This document shows, one piece after another, positions 21,931 through 41,449 of a stretch of DNA of 64,000 nt. The notes beneath the pieces were generated by a model. That model worked only from the letters and a program-made list of their open reading frames with translations, ran no database searches and had not been told where the DNA came from. Location of the stretch: assembly GCF_009914755.1 (NCBI RefSeq), contig NC_060931.1. One strand, given 5' to 3'. A program made the position numbers and the translations under genes. Every line of letters begins with the position of its first letter. The stretch's first letter is position 1. Origin of the DNA: the human T2T-CHM13v2.0 reference genome, Homo sapiens.

Positions 21931-22258
21931 TCATCACCACCTACAAAGGAAGCAATACTGTGCTGAAAGTTTTTCCATCATTAATGTAATTTCTATAGTA
22001 CGATTCCCAAGAAGATATTAAAATTATGGAAATAAAGGTATTGGTATATTCCTAATTATTTCCTAAAAGATTGTATTGATAAATATGCTCATCCTTCCCT
22101 TAACGGGATGCATTCCAGAAAAACAAGTCAAATGTTAGACAAAGTATCAGAAGGGAAATTCTGTAGCCAGAGAGCTAAAAATTACAATAGGGTCTCTAAT
22201 TATACTTCAACTTTTTTAGGAATAATTCTCAGTGTGTTTTCCCACATTTCATATGTAA

Positions 22259-23341
22259 TTTTTTTTTTTTTTTTTTTTTTTGAGACAGAGCCTCGCCCTG
22301 TCACCAGGCTGGAGTACAGTGGCGCGATCTCGGCTCACTGCAACTTCCACCTGCTGGGTTCAAGCAATTCTTCTGACCTCAGGTGATCCACCCGCCTCGG
22401 CCTCCCAAAGTGCTGGGATTATAACAGGCGTGGCATGAGTCACCGCGCCCGGCCGATCTTTACTTTTTTATTCTTTGTACCCCCTGCCTATCCAGTTAGC
22501 ATGTGATTAAAGTCAAAGATTTGCCACTTTGGGCCACATCTATTAATTTTCATCTTTGTTATAATTGTATTTAGTTTTTGATCTACACTGCTTATTACTC
22601 CCAGTCATTTTTTCTAGAACTGAAAATCTGGTAAAATACTCAAAATTGCACTGACTTCTATGTAGAGGCGACACTCCATCAGAACCGTGGGCTGACAGGG
22701 AATCCCACTGTGCAGGAGCTGCGCGCATTTTCATTTCTGATTCTCTTTGGCGTATCCAGGACTCTGATGACATGATCATATATTTATCAGTAGTAACAGG
22801 TTGGGCCATTTGTTTTTTGTGGTAAATCATATATTTAAGATTTTAGAAATAAGTTGATAGCCATGTATTTTGGAATTTGAAAAAGACATTGCATTACTCA
22901 GCTTCAAATTAAGCTTTAATCAAATAGTGAAACTTTCCATTAATGGACAGTGTATACCTTTTTGTGTATTTAAAAAAAAAAACACTGAATATAGTGCCTT
23001 TGTGACAGGGGAGCTTAGTTCCTGACAATGTCCTCTTGAGTCTTTTTTTTTTTTTTTTGAGATGGAGTCTCACTGTGTCGCCCAGGCTGGAGTGCAGTGG
23101 CGCCATCTTGGCTCACTGCAACCTCCGCCCCCTGGGTTCAAGTGATTCTCATTCCTCAGCTTCCTAAGTAGCTGGGATTACAGGCACGCACCACCATGAC
23201 CAGCTAATTTTTATACTTTTAGTAGAGACAGGGTTTTGCCATGTTGGCTAGGTTGGTCTCGAACTCCTGACCTCAAGTAATCCACCCACCATGGCCTCCC
23301 CAAAGTGCTGGGATTACAGGCGTGAGCCATTTCACCCGGCC
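22259..23341 (-). mobile_element. Alu with internal deletion (22259-22454) and Alu 23043-23341
   Basis: The first copy jumps from the right arm (aagcaattcttc) straight to the left arm (tgacctcagg). Confidence 0.85.
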
Positions 23342-24540
23342 TCTCTTCCGTCTTTGAGCTGTGAGGAAATAGCTACATTACATGAGCTGCTAGATCTGCC
23401 TTATGGTCAGAAATGAAGGTTGAACTCTCAGGAACAGTGACATATATACACACTGATATTTCCAAAGTACAATGCCCCAAATTGATCCACAAAGGAATTA
23501 AGGTCATTTGCAACAAAATCACAGAATAGTAACAAATAAATAGAAGATAAATATGGCCAGGAATTGAGATGAGAGAAAGTATAAGTACAAGAAACTATTC
23601 CAGGGGAAAAAAAGAATGAAGTGTTTCAGTGTTATCCAATAGAATTTTCTGTGATTATGAAAATGTGCTATATTTAATTAATTTATATTCCAATAGCCAC
23701 TCTGTGTAGCGGCTCCCTTATAGGTCATTGCAGGCCTATATTTTTGTAGTTGAGTCCCAAATTTGTTTCTAGAAAGGTAAACTTGGTCAGTTACATGGTT
23801 CTTGTCTTTTGAAAGTAAAACATACATGGCAACTTCATTCATTCATTCATTCATTGATCCCCCAAATGTTAATGGCCTTGAAGGAAGCAGAGCCTTTCCT
23901 GATTCTCAGTTATAGGGAAAATTTTCTGTGGACTTCATTATCAGAGCACCTTGATATGTTATTGCCCTGTGAAAGTCTGTTCAGTTTGGGGCTAGGAGGG
24001 ATGCAGTCAGTGAAAGTGGCATAGTTTGTAATGTTTTTTAGAGTTTTGAATAATTATGTTAACTAATCTTTATAGAAAAGTTTAAAGTGTACAGAGAAGC
24101 AAAAAGAAAGTAGTCACTAAAAGTTTCACCACTTAGAGACATAATTACTGGTAATATTTTGATGTATATATTTCCAGACTTGTGTCCCATGTAGCTATTA
24201 TATTTTTCTCAATAGATCCCAAAGTATCCAACTCCCTCCAGGGCAAGAGTTGCTTTTACCTTTACCCTTAGACCTCTGAGGCTGGCAGCTGGCCCCACCT
24301 GAGAGGGTCACCCTCTCCCTAATCCTTCCCCATACTTCTGTGAGTCACCTGGCTTTGGGGCAATAATAGATACTTGAGAGGGCGTTTGAGGAGGAACAAG
24401 GAGGAAGGTCACAGCTGTAGTTCATTCTGCATGATGTGTAATCCAGGCTTTTTCAACTCTGGCACTGTTGACATTTTGGGCTGGATAATTCTTTGTGTAT
24501 GTGTAGTTGGGGTAGGAAGGTGTCCTGTGCATCACAGGAT

Positions 24541-25290
<750 letters not shown>

Positions 25291-27505
25291 TGATATACTG
25301 CCAAGTTTATCAGTTGGGAATCCCAACAGTGAAAAGCATAAAAATGAAAGGAATTTTAAGGAGACTTTTTATAGAAGAGTGGGCAGGATTGGAGGAGCCA
25401 ACAAGTGATGGTGAGGCACACAGGGAAGAGCTTCAGTGGGCACCATCCCCTCTCTGGTTTGAAGGGGTAGGGAGGGGACCAGAGCTGGGAGGAGGGGGCT
25501 GGAATACTGCTGGAGGAGCCACTCCCTTCCAGACCTGCTGTGGCCATCACAGAATGCAGCCACTGCCAGAGCAGCAGCCTGAGGAACCAGGCAGGGGGAG
25601 CACAAGTACCCTAGCCTCTCTCTTTCTGTTTCTTGCCTGCCGATCTCCTCCACTGGCTAAACCCAGCTGGATGCTAAGAGTACAGTCAGCCTGCCTGCTG
25701 AGGAGGGACCACCAGGGACCACCATCAGCAAGGGATCCAATGTCTTTCTGCCTCTGCAGAATGAAGGTTGGGGCACGGGGGGCGCTCTACTTCTTAGGGA
25801 TATTGTGGGAATAAAAGGAAATAGGCAAAAAATGTTTTTGAAAAACAAAGCACATACTGCGCACCCGTGGGCCACTACTGCTTTTGACCCCTGGCTCTGT
25901 TTCATGAAGTAATGTCGTGTCATTCTCTTTTTAGGTGCTACAGGATTTCTTTAGGTTTGTTTTCTGTCCACCATATTTCAACTCATGTGTGCTGTTTGTT
26001 GTGCTAAAACAAATATTTGCTGATGCCTGAGTGAATAGTTGAATATTTTATATAAGTCAAATTTATACGTAATGATTTTTCTTGTAACTTAGCCGTTTCT
26101 CTTTTACAAACTCAGAAAACCTCAGACTTTGAAAAGGCCTTGAAGTTCCTCACCTGAAATCTGAGAACTTGGAGCGCCTTAAAAAATCTAAAGGAAAACA
26201 AAACAGTGAAAGAACATGATATAGTCAGTGTAGAGAATAAAATTATTTATGTAATTAATATTGAGGATGCAGATAACACATTGTGAAATCTTGCTTGTAA
26301 AAAATCTCGATCTGCTGAAGAAAGATGTTCTCTCTAGAGATCTTTGAAAGCATAATTATTGAGCTTTTAAAATGTTAGAAACAAAAGTTAGACCCACACA
26401 TATTCTGGCGTGTGGAAGATTTGCATTCCTTCCCCTGCCCGCCCCGCCCCCGCACTTGTGAGTTGTGCCTGTGTACGCAGTTCCTGTAGCACTCGGCTGG
26501 GCAGAAATCATCTTTCAGCACTAAGGGAACATAGTTATGATCTGGACCTTCTGGGAGTGGTCAGTGCCCAAGAACAGGTATGGGACTCCAGAAAGTTCTG
26601 CTCTCAACCCTATTTTGAAATAGAGTTACACATTGTTCTACAATTATTTGAGTTAATAAGCAGCTCTTTTCAAACGTGATTATGCCCTTCCAAGTTTAAA
26701 TACACTAGACTTTAGTGAAAGTAATTGACCTCATCTCATTTCTCTCCTGTTATATTAAGATCACTTTCAGTAAAAGGTAGAAGCTTTTGAAGTGGTGAGG
26801 AGGAGGTAGAGGAGGGACATAGAGCAGATAGGGGCTGGAAAGTGGGGTGGGGAAGAGAGTGGCTTCTCTTTGGCAGAGTACCAAGGAAAAGCCCTATCTG
26901 TACAGAACCTTTGTGCCTGGGAACTTGATGGCTGCAACCTGAGCCTCAACCTAGTTTGCTTGCGGAGCCAGAAGAGAAGCTAAAAACCTTCAGTTAACCA
27001 AGCCAGACACCAAGAAAGTTAAACCGAAAGAGAACCCCCCACCCCCCGCAAAAAAAAGAAGTAAAGTGGGTTAAAGTGATATGTTAGCACAGAAAGAGAA
27101 CATAAGGGTCATCTAAGTTCATCTGCCCCCTCTTCTATTTCAAGGTGCAGAAACTAAGGCACAAGGGACCCCGTGTCCTGCTCTTGATCACATAGCTAGT
27201 GGGTGCCAAGCCAGGTCTAGAACTCTGTTCTCTGGGGTCACAGGCTGGCTCTTCATCCCTCTAGAGAGATAGCTCATCTGTGTGCACCTGAGCCCGTTGT
27301 GTTTCGGAGTCAAAGCAAATAAAGGCTCAAACTCCAAGACTGTTTTGCAGACCGGCTGCAGTAGATATGGGGGGAGGAGAAACCTGCTTTAAATTGCTTC
27401 AAGCAAGTTGTTTCTGCAAAGGTGTTGACTTTTTTCTTTCAACTTTCTAGTGAGTCACTGCAGCCTGAGCTGTTATTTGTCATTATGCAATAATTCAGGA
27501 ACTAA

Positions 27506-29290
<1,785 letters not shown>

Positions 29291-29527
29291 AAACAGCAAT
29301 GCCACTTATTCTAGGTGGTACACCCCTGATGCCCAGTGTACGAGTTCCATTTAGGCTTCTTTCTCGTGCATATGCATCTCTCCACATCCTTTCGTTTGTT
29401 TGTTTTCTTTTGTTTTGCTTTCCCCAGATTATGTAGGAAAACAATAAAGTTCATAAGTAATGTTCTGTAGGCCACTTTTATAGGAAAACTTTCCTCTAAG
29501 ATCTCATTAGAAAAGAAAAGCAAGTAG

Positions 29528-30129
29528 CCTGCCACCGAGCACCTGTGCCAGCACAACTACACTGTGGAGCACCCAGATAAAGTGGCGCTGAACGCACTGC
29601 AGCCTCCTAAGTTCGGAAAAGAAAGCTCATTAGCATCTACACTGAAGACGCTCCTGTTCTTCACAGCTTTAATGATCACTGTTCCTATCGGGTTATTTAT
29701 ATTTCACAACTAAATCTTATATATCTGGAGGCGCCCTTGGGATATCCAATAAGGACAGCTGTTTTTATGCTGCTATTGTTGCCGTGGTCACCGGCCATGT
29801 GGTGCTGGCCCTCTTTATGTATGTGGTCTGGAATGAAGGCTCATGACAGTGACATGAAGGCAAACAGGATTAAAGTGAACATCACCTTTTGATAGCATTA
29901 AATTCATTTTTTAAAATGATAAATGCTGGAGGGGGGACATCTGATTTGAATAAAATTGAAAGAACATGTTAAAGTCAGTCTTAAGGAGTCATGTTTGAGT
30001 AGTGTAAATTTTGATCCTCCTAATATGTTGTTTGTATATTCAGTTTTAACTATATGAATCTCATTTGCAAATGAGAATTTGGAAAAGTTAAATTAGTTAC
30101 AAATAGATATGTTAATTACAAAAAAAAAA
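29528..30129 (+). pseudogene. VMA21 processed pseudogene (retrocopy)
   Basis: 29564-29873 translates to (V)EHPDKVALNALQPPKFGKESSLASTLKTLLFFTALMITVPIGL / ...AAIVAVVTGHVVLALFMYVVWNEGS*Q*HEGKQD*, matching VMA21. Intronless, ATG>GTG, 4-nt frameshift near 29695, two nonsense codons, poly(A) at 30120-30129, degenerate TSD ending agcaagtag (29519, 30139). Confidence 0.92.
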
Positions 30130-31205
30130 GAAAGGGAGAGCAAGTAGTAGTGAGATTTCTGCAAGGTCAAAGGACTCAGGGCAGTTTCTTCTGAATGTAG
30201 TTTGGGGGCTGGAGAAAGAAATAGGAAGCAGTAGAATTGCTAGGTCAGATTGGAATTTTAAGAGCTATTGCTGCACTACCCTCCACAGAGATGCTACCCA
30301 CTTGTAGTCCCCCAATAATATCAGAGTGTATTCCTGACCACACTTTAACCAACACACTCTGGCAAACATTTTGATCTGTCAGTCAGATAGGCCTTCTTGC
30401 TATAATCAGAATTTACATTCTGTGATCATGACTGAGGGTATCATTCTGCCTGTTATAAGAGTTACCTGAATTTCCTTTTCTGGGAACCAGAGAGCAATTT
30501 AGAGCTGGAGCAGACCTTGGAGATGAAGTCCAACCATTCAGCCTACAGCCTATGACCCGTTTGACCGTCGTTGTTGCTTGGGTAGTTCAGGACTGACAGG
30601 ACTGGACACCAGGTCTCCTGTTTATCCTTGAAGCTCTCTGGGTGAATGTAAGACAGGACCTGTCAAGGCCTCTGGCACAGCCTGGGTTTGAGTCTAGAAC
30701 CAGAAAGTCTGGAAATTGCAGGGCAGTGCCGCAGTGCCTTGGCTGTGAAGCAGGGTGCTTTACCCTCCCTGAACTCCAGGCACTTCGTCTGTAAAATGGA
30801 ATTAATACTAGCTTTTTTTTTTGCCAGGGTTCTGAGGATTAGGGTTAATGTGTATGAACTAGCTGACCCAGAGAGGCTCACATCTGTTCTCATCCTCCTC
30901 ACATTTGGGTGTTCTGTTATCTGTTATCTGTTCTGTCACTGTTCTGTTATCTGACTATCACTCACGTGCAAGCTCCAAGGGAGACTTGAATGAAAGTTCT
31001 TAAAAACAGAAGTAAAGCACAGTAGGGTGTTGGGGAGGGCATCTCTGTGGGGCCTCCAGGTAGCCAGGGGAGGGCGAGCAGAGTGTGCTTGCTGGGGACC
31101 CTCTGCTCCCGTGTCTTCATGCACCCTCCTACTTAGAGTGCTGGCGCTCCCACCCCACCCACCACCTGCGGGTCAGCTCTCAGTGTCTTAGTTATCCTTC
31201 TGAGA

Positions 31206-32181
<976 letters not shown>

Positions 32182-32669
32182 CTCCAAAAGCAGGCTATTT
32201 TCAACACAAAGCCTACACGATCACCCATGCCCCCTTCCCCGGGTAGTCTTAAGGTTGCCAAGGTCGGTTTTGTTTGTTTTGGAATGGGGGTGGTTATTTC
32301 ACTGTCATTCATGGTTCTCATCCCTGTGCTTAACCAAAGAGAATGAGATCAAATGCTGTGCTGGGTCCAAGGGCAGGGGTTGCCACAGCCTTCCCTTTTC
32401 AGAGGCCTTCTGCCCTCTGCAAGCTAGGAGTGGTCATCGGCATCGGCTTCCTGGACAGCCTATGCAGGTGGAGGGGCTGGAGAGGCATCTGTAGTGCATT
32501 TTTCATCACCTCTGGTTATCCATTTGCCTGACCTTTCCTGCCCAGTTTTAGTTAAAATACAGTGGTGATTCTAGTGGCTCTAACAAGTGAGAGAAAAAAT
32601 TAATCTTTACAGGCCTCTGTTCTACTGTCATTCCAGTGTTTGTCCAGGTGTGGCTCCTGACCGTCTGTG

Positions 32670-32814
32670 TGCCTTTACCTGGATGCTTGGTGAAAATGCA
32701 GATTCATGGCCTCCCCTCCACTCTTGGCCTTCCAAATCAGAATCTGGGAGTGAAACCCAGAAATATGCATTTTCAACAAGAATCCTAGGGGTACATTAAA
32801 GTTGAGGACCCCTG
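32670..32814. mobile_element. MER5-type hAT fossil
   Basis: aaaatgcagattc...aaatcagaatctggg...tgcattttcaacaag...aaagttgaggacccctg. Confidence 0.6.
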
Positions 32815-33433
32815 TTAAGCCGTGTTGTTGCTTTCTTTTCCTTCACTCTCTGGTCTCCCCTCATCTCCTCTTGTCACCCCTCCTTCCTTGCTACCCCTGC
32901 TCACCTGTTTGCCCCCTCCTTCGTCTTAATGCTGAGGGTCCGGAGTGGCTTCTTGGACTATTCTTTGAACATACTAAATTGCAGTCCTCCAGAAACTCAG
33001 CTAGGAAGAAAAAAAAGTACATATTTCTTATTGCCTTGCTTGTCCCCATTTAAAAAGCCAGATAAAAAACTGTCCTCTTCAAGCACCAGTTTTGGGAAGT
33101 GCATCCTTCCCATGGAGGCATCCCGATTGCAGCTGCTCTTCCAATGTAGGAGACGGATCTGGGCTTGGAAATGCCCTTCTCTAAGGAAGCATTGCTGGTG
33201 TGACATCCCAGGGAAGTCAGCTACCACCAGCCCCAAAGTAGACACTGGCCTGGGTATCCTAGCTGGAAGGCACAGGTGGTGAAGGCATTTGGGAAACATG
33301 AGAATGATGGGACAGGAAGCAGTGGGGGAGCATGGGGTGGCAAAGGGGAATGTTTGCCTGGAGTTTGGGCGGGTGCCACCAGGGACCTGAACCTCTGCTT
33401 TTGTCTTTACAGTGACCGAAGGAAGAGACCAAG

Positions 33434-33445
33434 ATGAATACAGAG
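33434..33445 (+). CDS. BLVRA: BLVRA exon 2 coding part, codons 1-4 (MNTE); whole exon is 33413-33445
   Basis: Acceptor ttgtctttacag|T, AAGATG start, donor GAG|GTGAGT; phase-0 join to exon 3 reproduces the BLVRA N-terminus. Confidence 0.93.
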
Positions 33446-34821
33446 GTGAGTTCTTTACAAAGACCAGTTTAAGGGATGCTTTTCTTATTGTGTCCCTCAT
33501 TTCTCCTTTGCAGAGTCTCCATTCCCTTTCAGAAACATCAGCACAAACTTGAGAACATTTCCCCTCTAGCCTACTGAAGTGCACGTGGTTCTGGGTGATG
33601 CAGGAAGAACTAGGCCCCTCTGAGTTCTTATCTGTGTCTGTCTGGCTTCATTCGAACTTACCCACTGCAGCTAATCCTGAAACAACACTCCCTAGCTCTG
33701 GCTAGTAGTGGGGCATGGAGGTTGCTGGGCCCAGATCCCTGCTTTGTGTTATTCTGGAAACACTTTCTCTGCATTGTCTCCTTGGTGCTCTCACTTCCAG
33801 TTCTTTGATGCATGGAGATGTCTAGCTCCTTATCCTTTTGTTTTTTCCTTTTGTTTTACCCATCAGCCCCTTCCTCTGTTCACTCCCTTCCAAGTGGAGC
33901 CTAGACCTTGGGGTTCATCACTTCAGCCACTGCTGTGCTGACGCCCACTATGCTTTTCCCACTTGTCCTGTCCATCCACATGGCAAACACAGAGGCCATC
34001 CCCACAAGAGGGGGGTCTTGGGTGAGTGGCACAGCCTTGTGCTGTTTGCAGCTGGCAGATGTCTCAACACCCTTATCTGGTGCTCAGCACCACCCGCCAG
34101 GCCCCCTGTCACTCTAGGCAGCTCCTTGCCAGTGCCCTGAACCCCCAGCTCCAGGCTTCATCCCTCTCCCTAAGCTCTGTCCTCCTCGAAGGTCCCCCTC
34201 ACTCTTAGCATCAGGATCCCTTTTCATTTTACAGAGGAAAATGTAAACATTCCATCTGACATCATCTCCCTCAATTCCTGCCTCTCCATTTGTCCTGTTC
34301 CTCCTGTCACAGTGCAAGGGATGTTTGTCAGTGAGAAAGTTCCAGGTTGTGAACACCAGAAAGCCTGACTTAATGTGGCTTTTTCCTGGAAGTCCAGGTG
34401 AAGGGCAGGCTTCAGGGCTGGTCGATCCTGCGGCTCAGTGACTGCCTCAAGGATCCAGGAGCTTTTCATCTCTCTGCTCTCCATCCAGCTGTTGGTTGCA
34501 TCCTAGGGCAGGTGCCCATGTGGCAGCAAGATGGCTGCAGTGGCAGTTGGGGCCACATATGTTCGCATTCCCTTTCATCAGCAGGAAGAAGTGGCTTCCT
34601 GCAACTCCTTCAGGGGAGTGGGAGCCTTTATTTGAAGCCCCATCAAATGTCTCCTTCGGTCTTATTGGCCAGAATCAGGTCCTGGACCATAGTGTGTCTG
34701 AGGAGCAGGGATTTTGTGATTGGCTTCAACTACTCAGGCCCATCCTGGAGCAGCTTCCCCCCTGCCCCAGGGCTGGGTGTGGAAAGAAGAAAGGGGGATG
34801 TATCCCTGTCTGGTATGAGAC

Positions 34822-35195
34822 ATTCCTGGTCCATTTTCATGCTGCTATAAAGAACTGCCCAAGACTGGGTAATTTAAAAAGGAAAGAGGTTTAATTGACT
34901 CACAGTTCAGCATGGCTGGGGAGGCCTCAGGAAACAACAATTATGGTGGAAGGCAAAGGGAAAGCAAGGCACCTTCTTCACAAGGTGGCAAGAAGGCGAA
35001 GTGCTGAGCGAAGGGGGAAGACCCCCTTATAAAACCATCAGATCTCGTGAGAACTCACTATCATGAGAACGGCATGGGGGAAACCACCCCCGTGATTCAG
35101 TTACCTCCACCTGGCTCCTCCCTTGACACACAGGGATTATGGGGATTACAATTCAAGATGAGATTTGGGTGGGGACACAAAGTATAACCATATCA
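34822..35195 (-). mobile_element. THE1 (THE1D-like) MaLR LTR
   Basis: tccattttcatgctgctataaagaactgccc...cttataaaaccatcagatctcgtgagaactcac...accatatca. Confidence 0.85.
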
Positions 35196-35630
35196 CCTAG
35201 TGACGGTATACCCTTCTCCTCTGAAACTGCACACTCCTGCCTGCTCAGACCTTGCACCACCTCCTTAGTTATCTCCTTTGCCATGTGCATCATTAACCTA
35301 ATTCCCACTACCTCTTTCTCATCGATATTTCAAAATGCTTTCTTCAGAACAAAATGACACCTCACATCTTGTCCAGCAACTGTTATCCTATCTTTCTTTT
35401 TTTAATTTAATTTTATTTTATTATTATTATACTTTAAGTTTTAGGGTACATGTGCATAATGTGCAGGTTAGTTACATATGTATACATGTGCCATGTTGGT
35501 GTACTGCACTCATTAACTTGTCATTTAACATTAGGTATATCTCCTAATGCTATCCCTCCCCTCTCCCCCCACCCCACAACAGTCCCCGGAGATCGATGTT
35601 CCCCTTCCTGTGTCCATGTGTTCTCATTGT

Positions 35631-39469
<3,839 letters not shown>

Positions 39470-39517
39470 TTATTTTGCTCGTTAGTTGATGCAGTTTCTT
39501 CCTAGCCTTGATGGTCT

Positions 39518-40534
39518 TTACAATTTGGCATGTTTTTGCAGTGGCTGGTACCGGTTGTTCCTTTCCATGTTTAGTGCTTCCTTCAGGAGCTCTTTTAGGG
39601 CAGGCCTGGTGGTGACAAAATCTCTCAGCATTTGCTTGTCTGTAAAGTATTTTATTTCTCCTTCACTTATGAAGCTTAGTTTGGCTGGATATGAAATTCT
39701 GGGTTGAAAATTCTTTTCTTTAAGAATGTTGAATATTGGCCCCCACTCTCTTCTGGCTTGTAGAGTTTCTGCCGAGAGATCCGCTGTTAGTCTGATGGGC
39801 TTCCCTTTGTGGATAACCCGACCTTTCTCTCTGGCTGCCCTTAACATTTTTTCCTTCATTTCAACTTTGGTGAATCTGACAATTATATGTCTTGGAGTTG
39901 CTTTTCTCGAGGAGTATCTTTGTGGTGTTCTCTGTATTTCCTGAATCTGAATGTTGGCCTGCCTTGCTAGATTGGGGAAGTTCTCCTGGATAATATCCTG
40001 CAGAGTGTTTTCTAACTTGGTTCCATTCTCCCCGTCACTTTCAGGTACACCAATCAGACGTAGATTTGGTCTTTTCACATAGTCCCATATTTCTTGGAGA
40101 CTTTGTTCATTTCTTTTTATTCTTCTTTCTCTAAACTTCCCTTCTCGCTTCATTTCATTCATTTCATCTTCCGTCACTGATACCCTTTCTTCCAGTTGAT
40201 CGCATTGGCTCCTGAGGCTTCTGCATTCTTCACGTAGTTCTCGAGCCTTGGCTTTCAGCTCCATCAGCTCCTTTAAGCATTTCTCTGTATTGGTTATTCT
40301 AGTTATACATTCATCTAATTTTTTTTCAAAGTTTTTAACTTCTTTGCCATTGGTTTGAATTTCCTCCTGTAGCTCAGAGTAGTTTGATCATCTGAAGCCT
40401 TCTTCTCTCAACTCATCAAAGCCATTCTCCGTCCAGCTTTGTTCCGTTGCTGGTGAGGAACTGCATTCCTTTGGAGGAGGAGAGGCGCTCTGCTTTTTAG
40501 AGTTTCCAGTTTTTCTGCTCTGTTTTTTCCCCAT
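39518..40534 (-). pseudogene. L1 ORF1 (338 codons) with a single premature stop at codon 49
   Basis: ATG at 40534 (MGKKQSRKTGNSKKQS...), TGA at 40390-40388, then the same frame is open to ...QPLQKHAKL*. Confidence 0.92.
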
Positions 40535-41125
40535 CTTTGTGGTTTTATCTACCTTTGGTCTTTGATGATGGTGATGTACAGATGGGTTTTTGGTGTGGAT
40601 GTCCTTTCTGTTTGTTAGTTTTCCTTCTAACAGACAGGACCCTCAGTTGCAGGTCTGTTGGAGTTTGCTAGAGGTCCACTCCAGACCGTTTGCCTGGGTA
40701 TCAGCAGCGGTGGCTGCAGTACAGTGGTGGCTGTAGAACAGCGGATTTTCGTGAACCGCAAATGCTGCTGCCTGATCGGTCCTCTGGAAGTTTTGTCTCA
40801 GAGGAGTACCTGGCTGTGTGAGGTGTCAGTCTGCCCCTACTTGGGGGTGCCTCCCAGTTAGGCTGCTCGGGGGTCAGGGACCCACTTGAGGAGGCAGTCT
40901 GCCTGTTCTCAGATCTCCAGCTGCGTGCTGGGAGAACCACTACTCTCTTCAAAGCTGTCAGACAGGAACGTTTAAGTCTGCAGAGGTTACTGCTGTCTTT
41001 TTGTTTGTCTGTGCCCTGCCCCCAGAGGTGGAGCCTACAGAGGCAGGCAGGCCTCCTTGAGCTGTGGTGGGCCCCACCCAGTTCGAGCTTCCCGGCTGCT
41101 TTGTTTACCTAAGCAAGCCTGGGCA

Positions 41126-41449
41126 ATGGCAGGCGCCCCTCCCCCAGCCTTGCTGCCACCTTGCAGTTTGATCTCAGACTGCTGTGCTAGCAATCAGCGA
41201 GACTCCGTGGGCATAGGACCCGCCGAGCCATGTGCAGAATATAATCTCCTGTTGTGCTGTTTTTTAAGCCTGTTGGAAAAGCGCAGTATTAGGGTGGGAG
41301 TGACCCAATTTTCCAGGTGCTGTCTGTCACCCCTTTCTTTGACTAGGAAAGGGAACTCCCTGACCCCTTGCGCTTCCCGAGTGAGGCACTGCCTCGCCCT
41401 GCTTCGGCTTGCACACGGTGCACTGCACCCACTGTCTGGCACTCCCTAG
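41126..41449 (+). CDS. L1 ORF0-like antisense ORF, open for 107 codons (expression unproven)
   Basis: MAGAPPPALLPPCSLISDCCASNQRDSVGIGP... matches the ORF0 N-terminus; lies in the L1 antisense-promoter region. Confidence 0.55.
   Translation: MAGAPPPALLPPCSLISDCCASNQRDSVGIGPAEPCAEYNLLLCCFLSLLEKRSIRVGVTQFSRCCLSPLSLTRKGNSLTPCASRVRHCLALLRLAHGALHPLSGTP

Noticed and set aside
32997-33584. 195-aa minus-strand ORF overlapping exon 2
   Set aside because: No recognisable family, promoter or splice context; most likely chance, though a Ribo-seq check is cheap.
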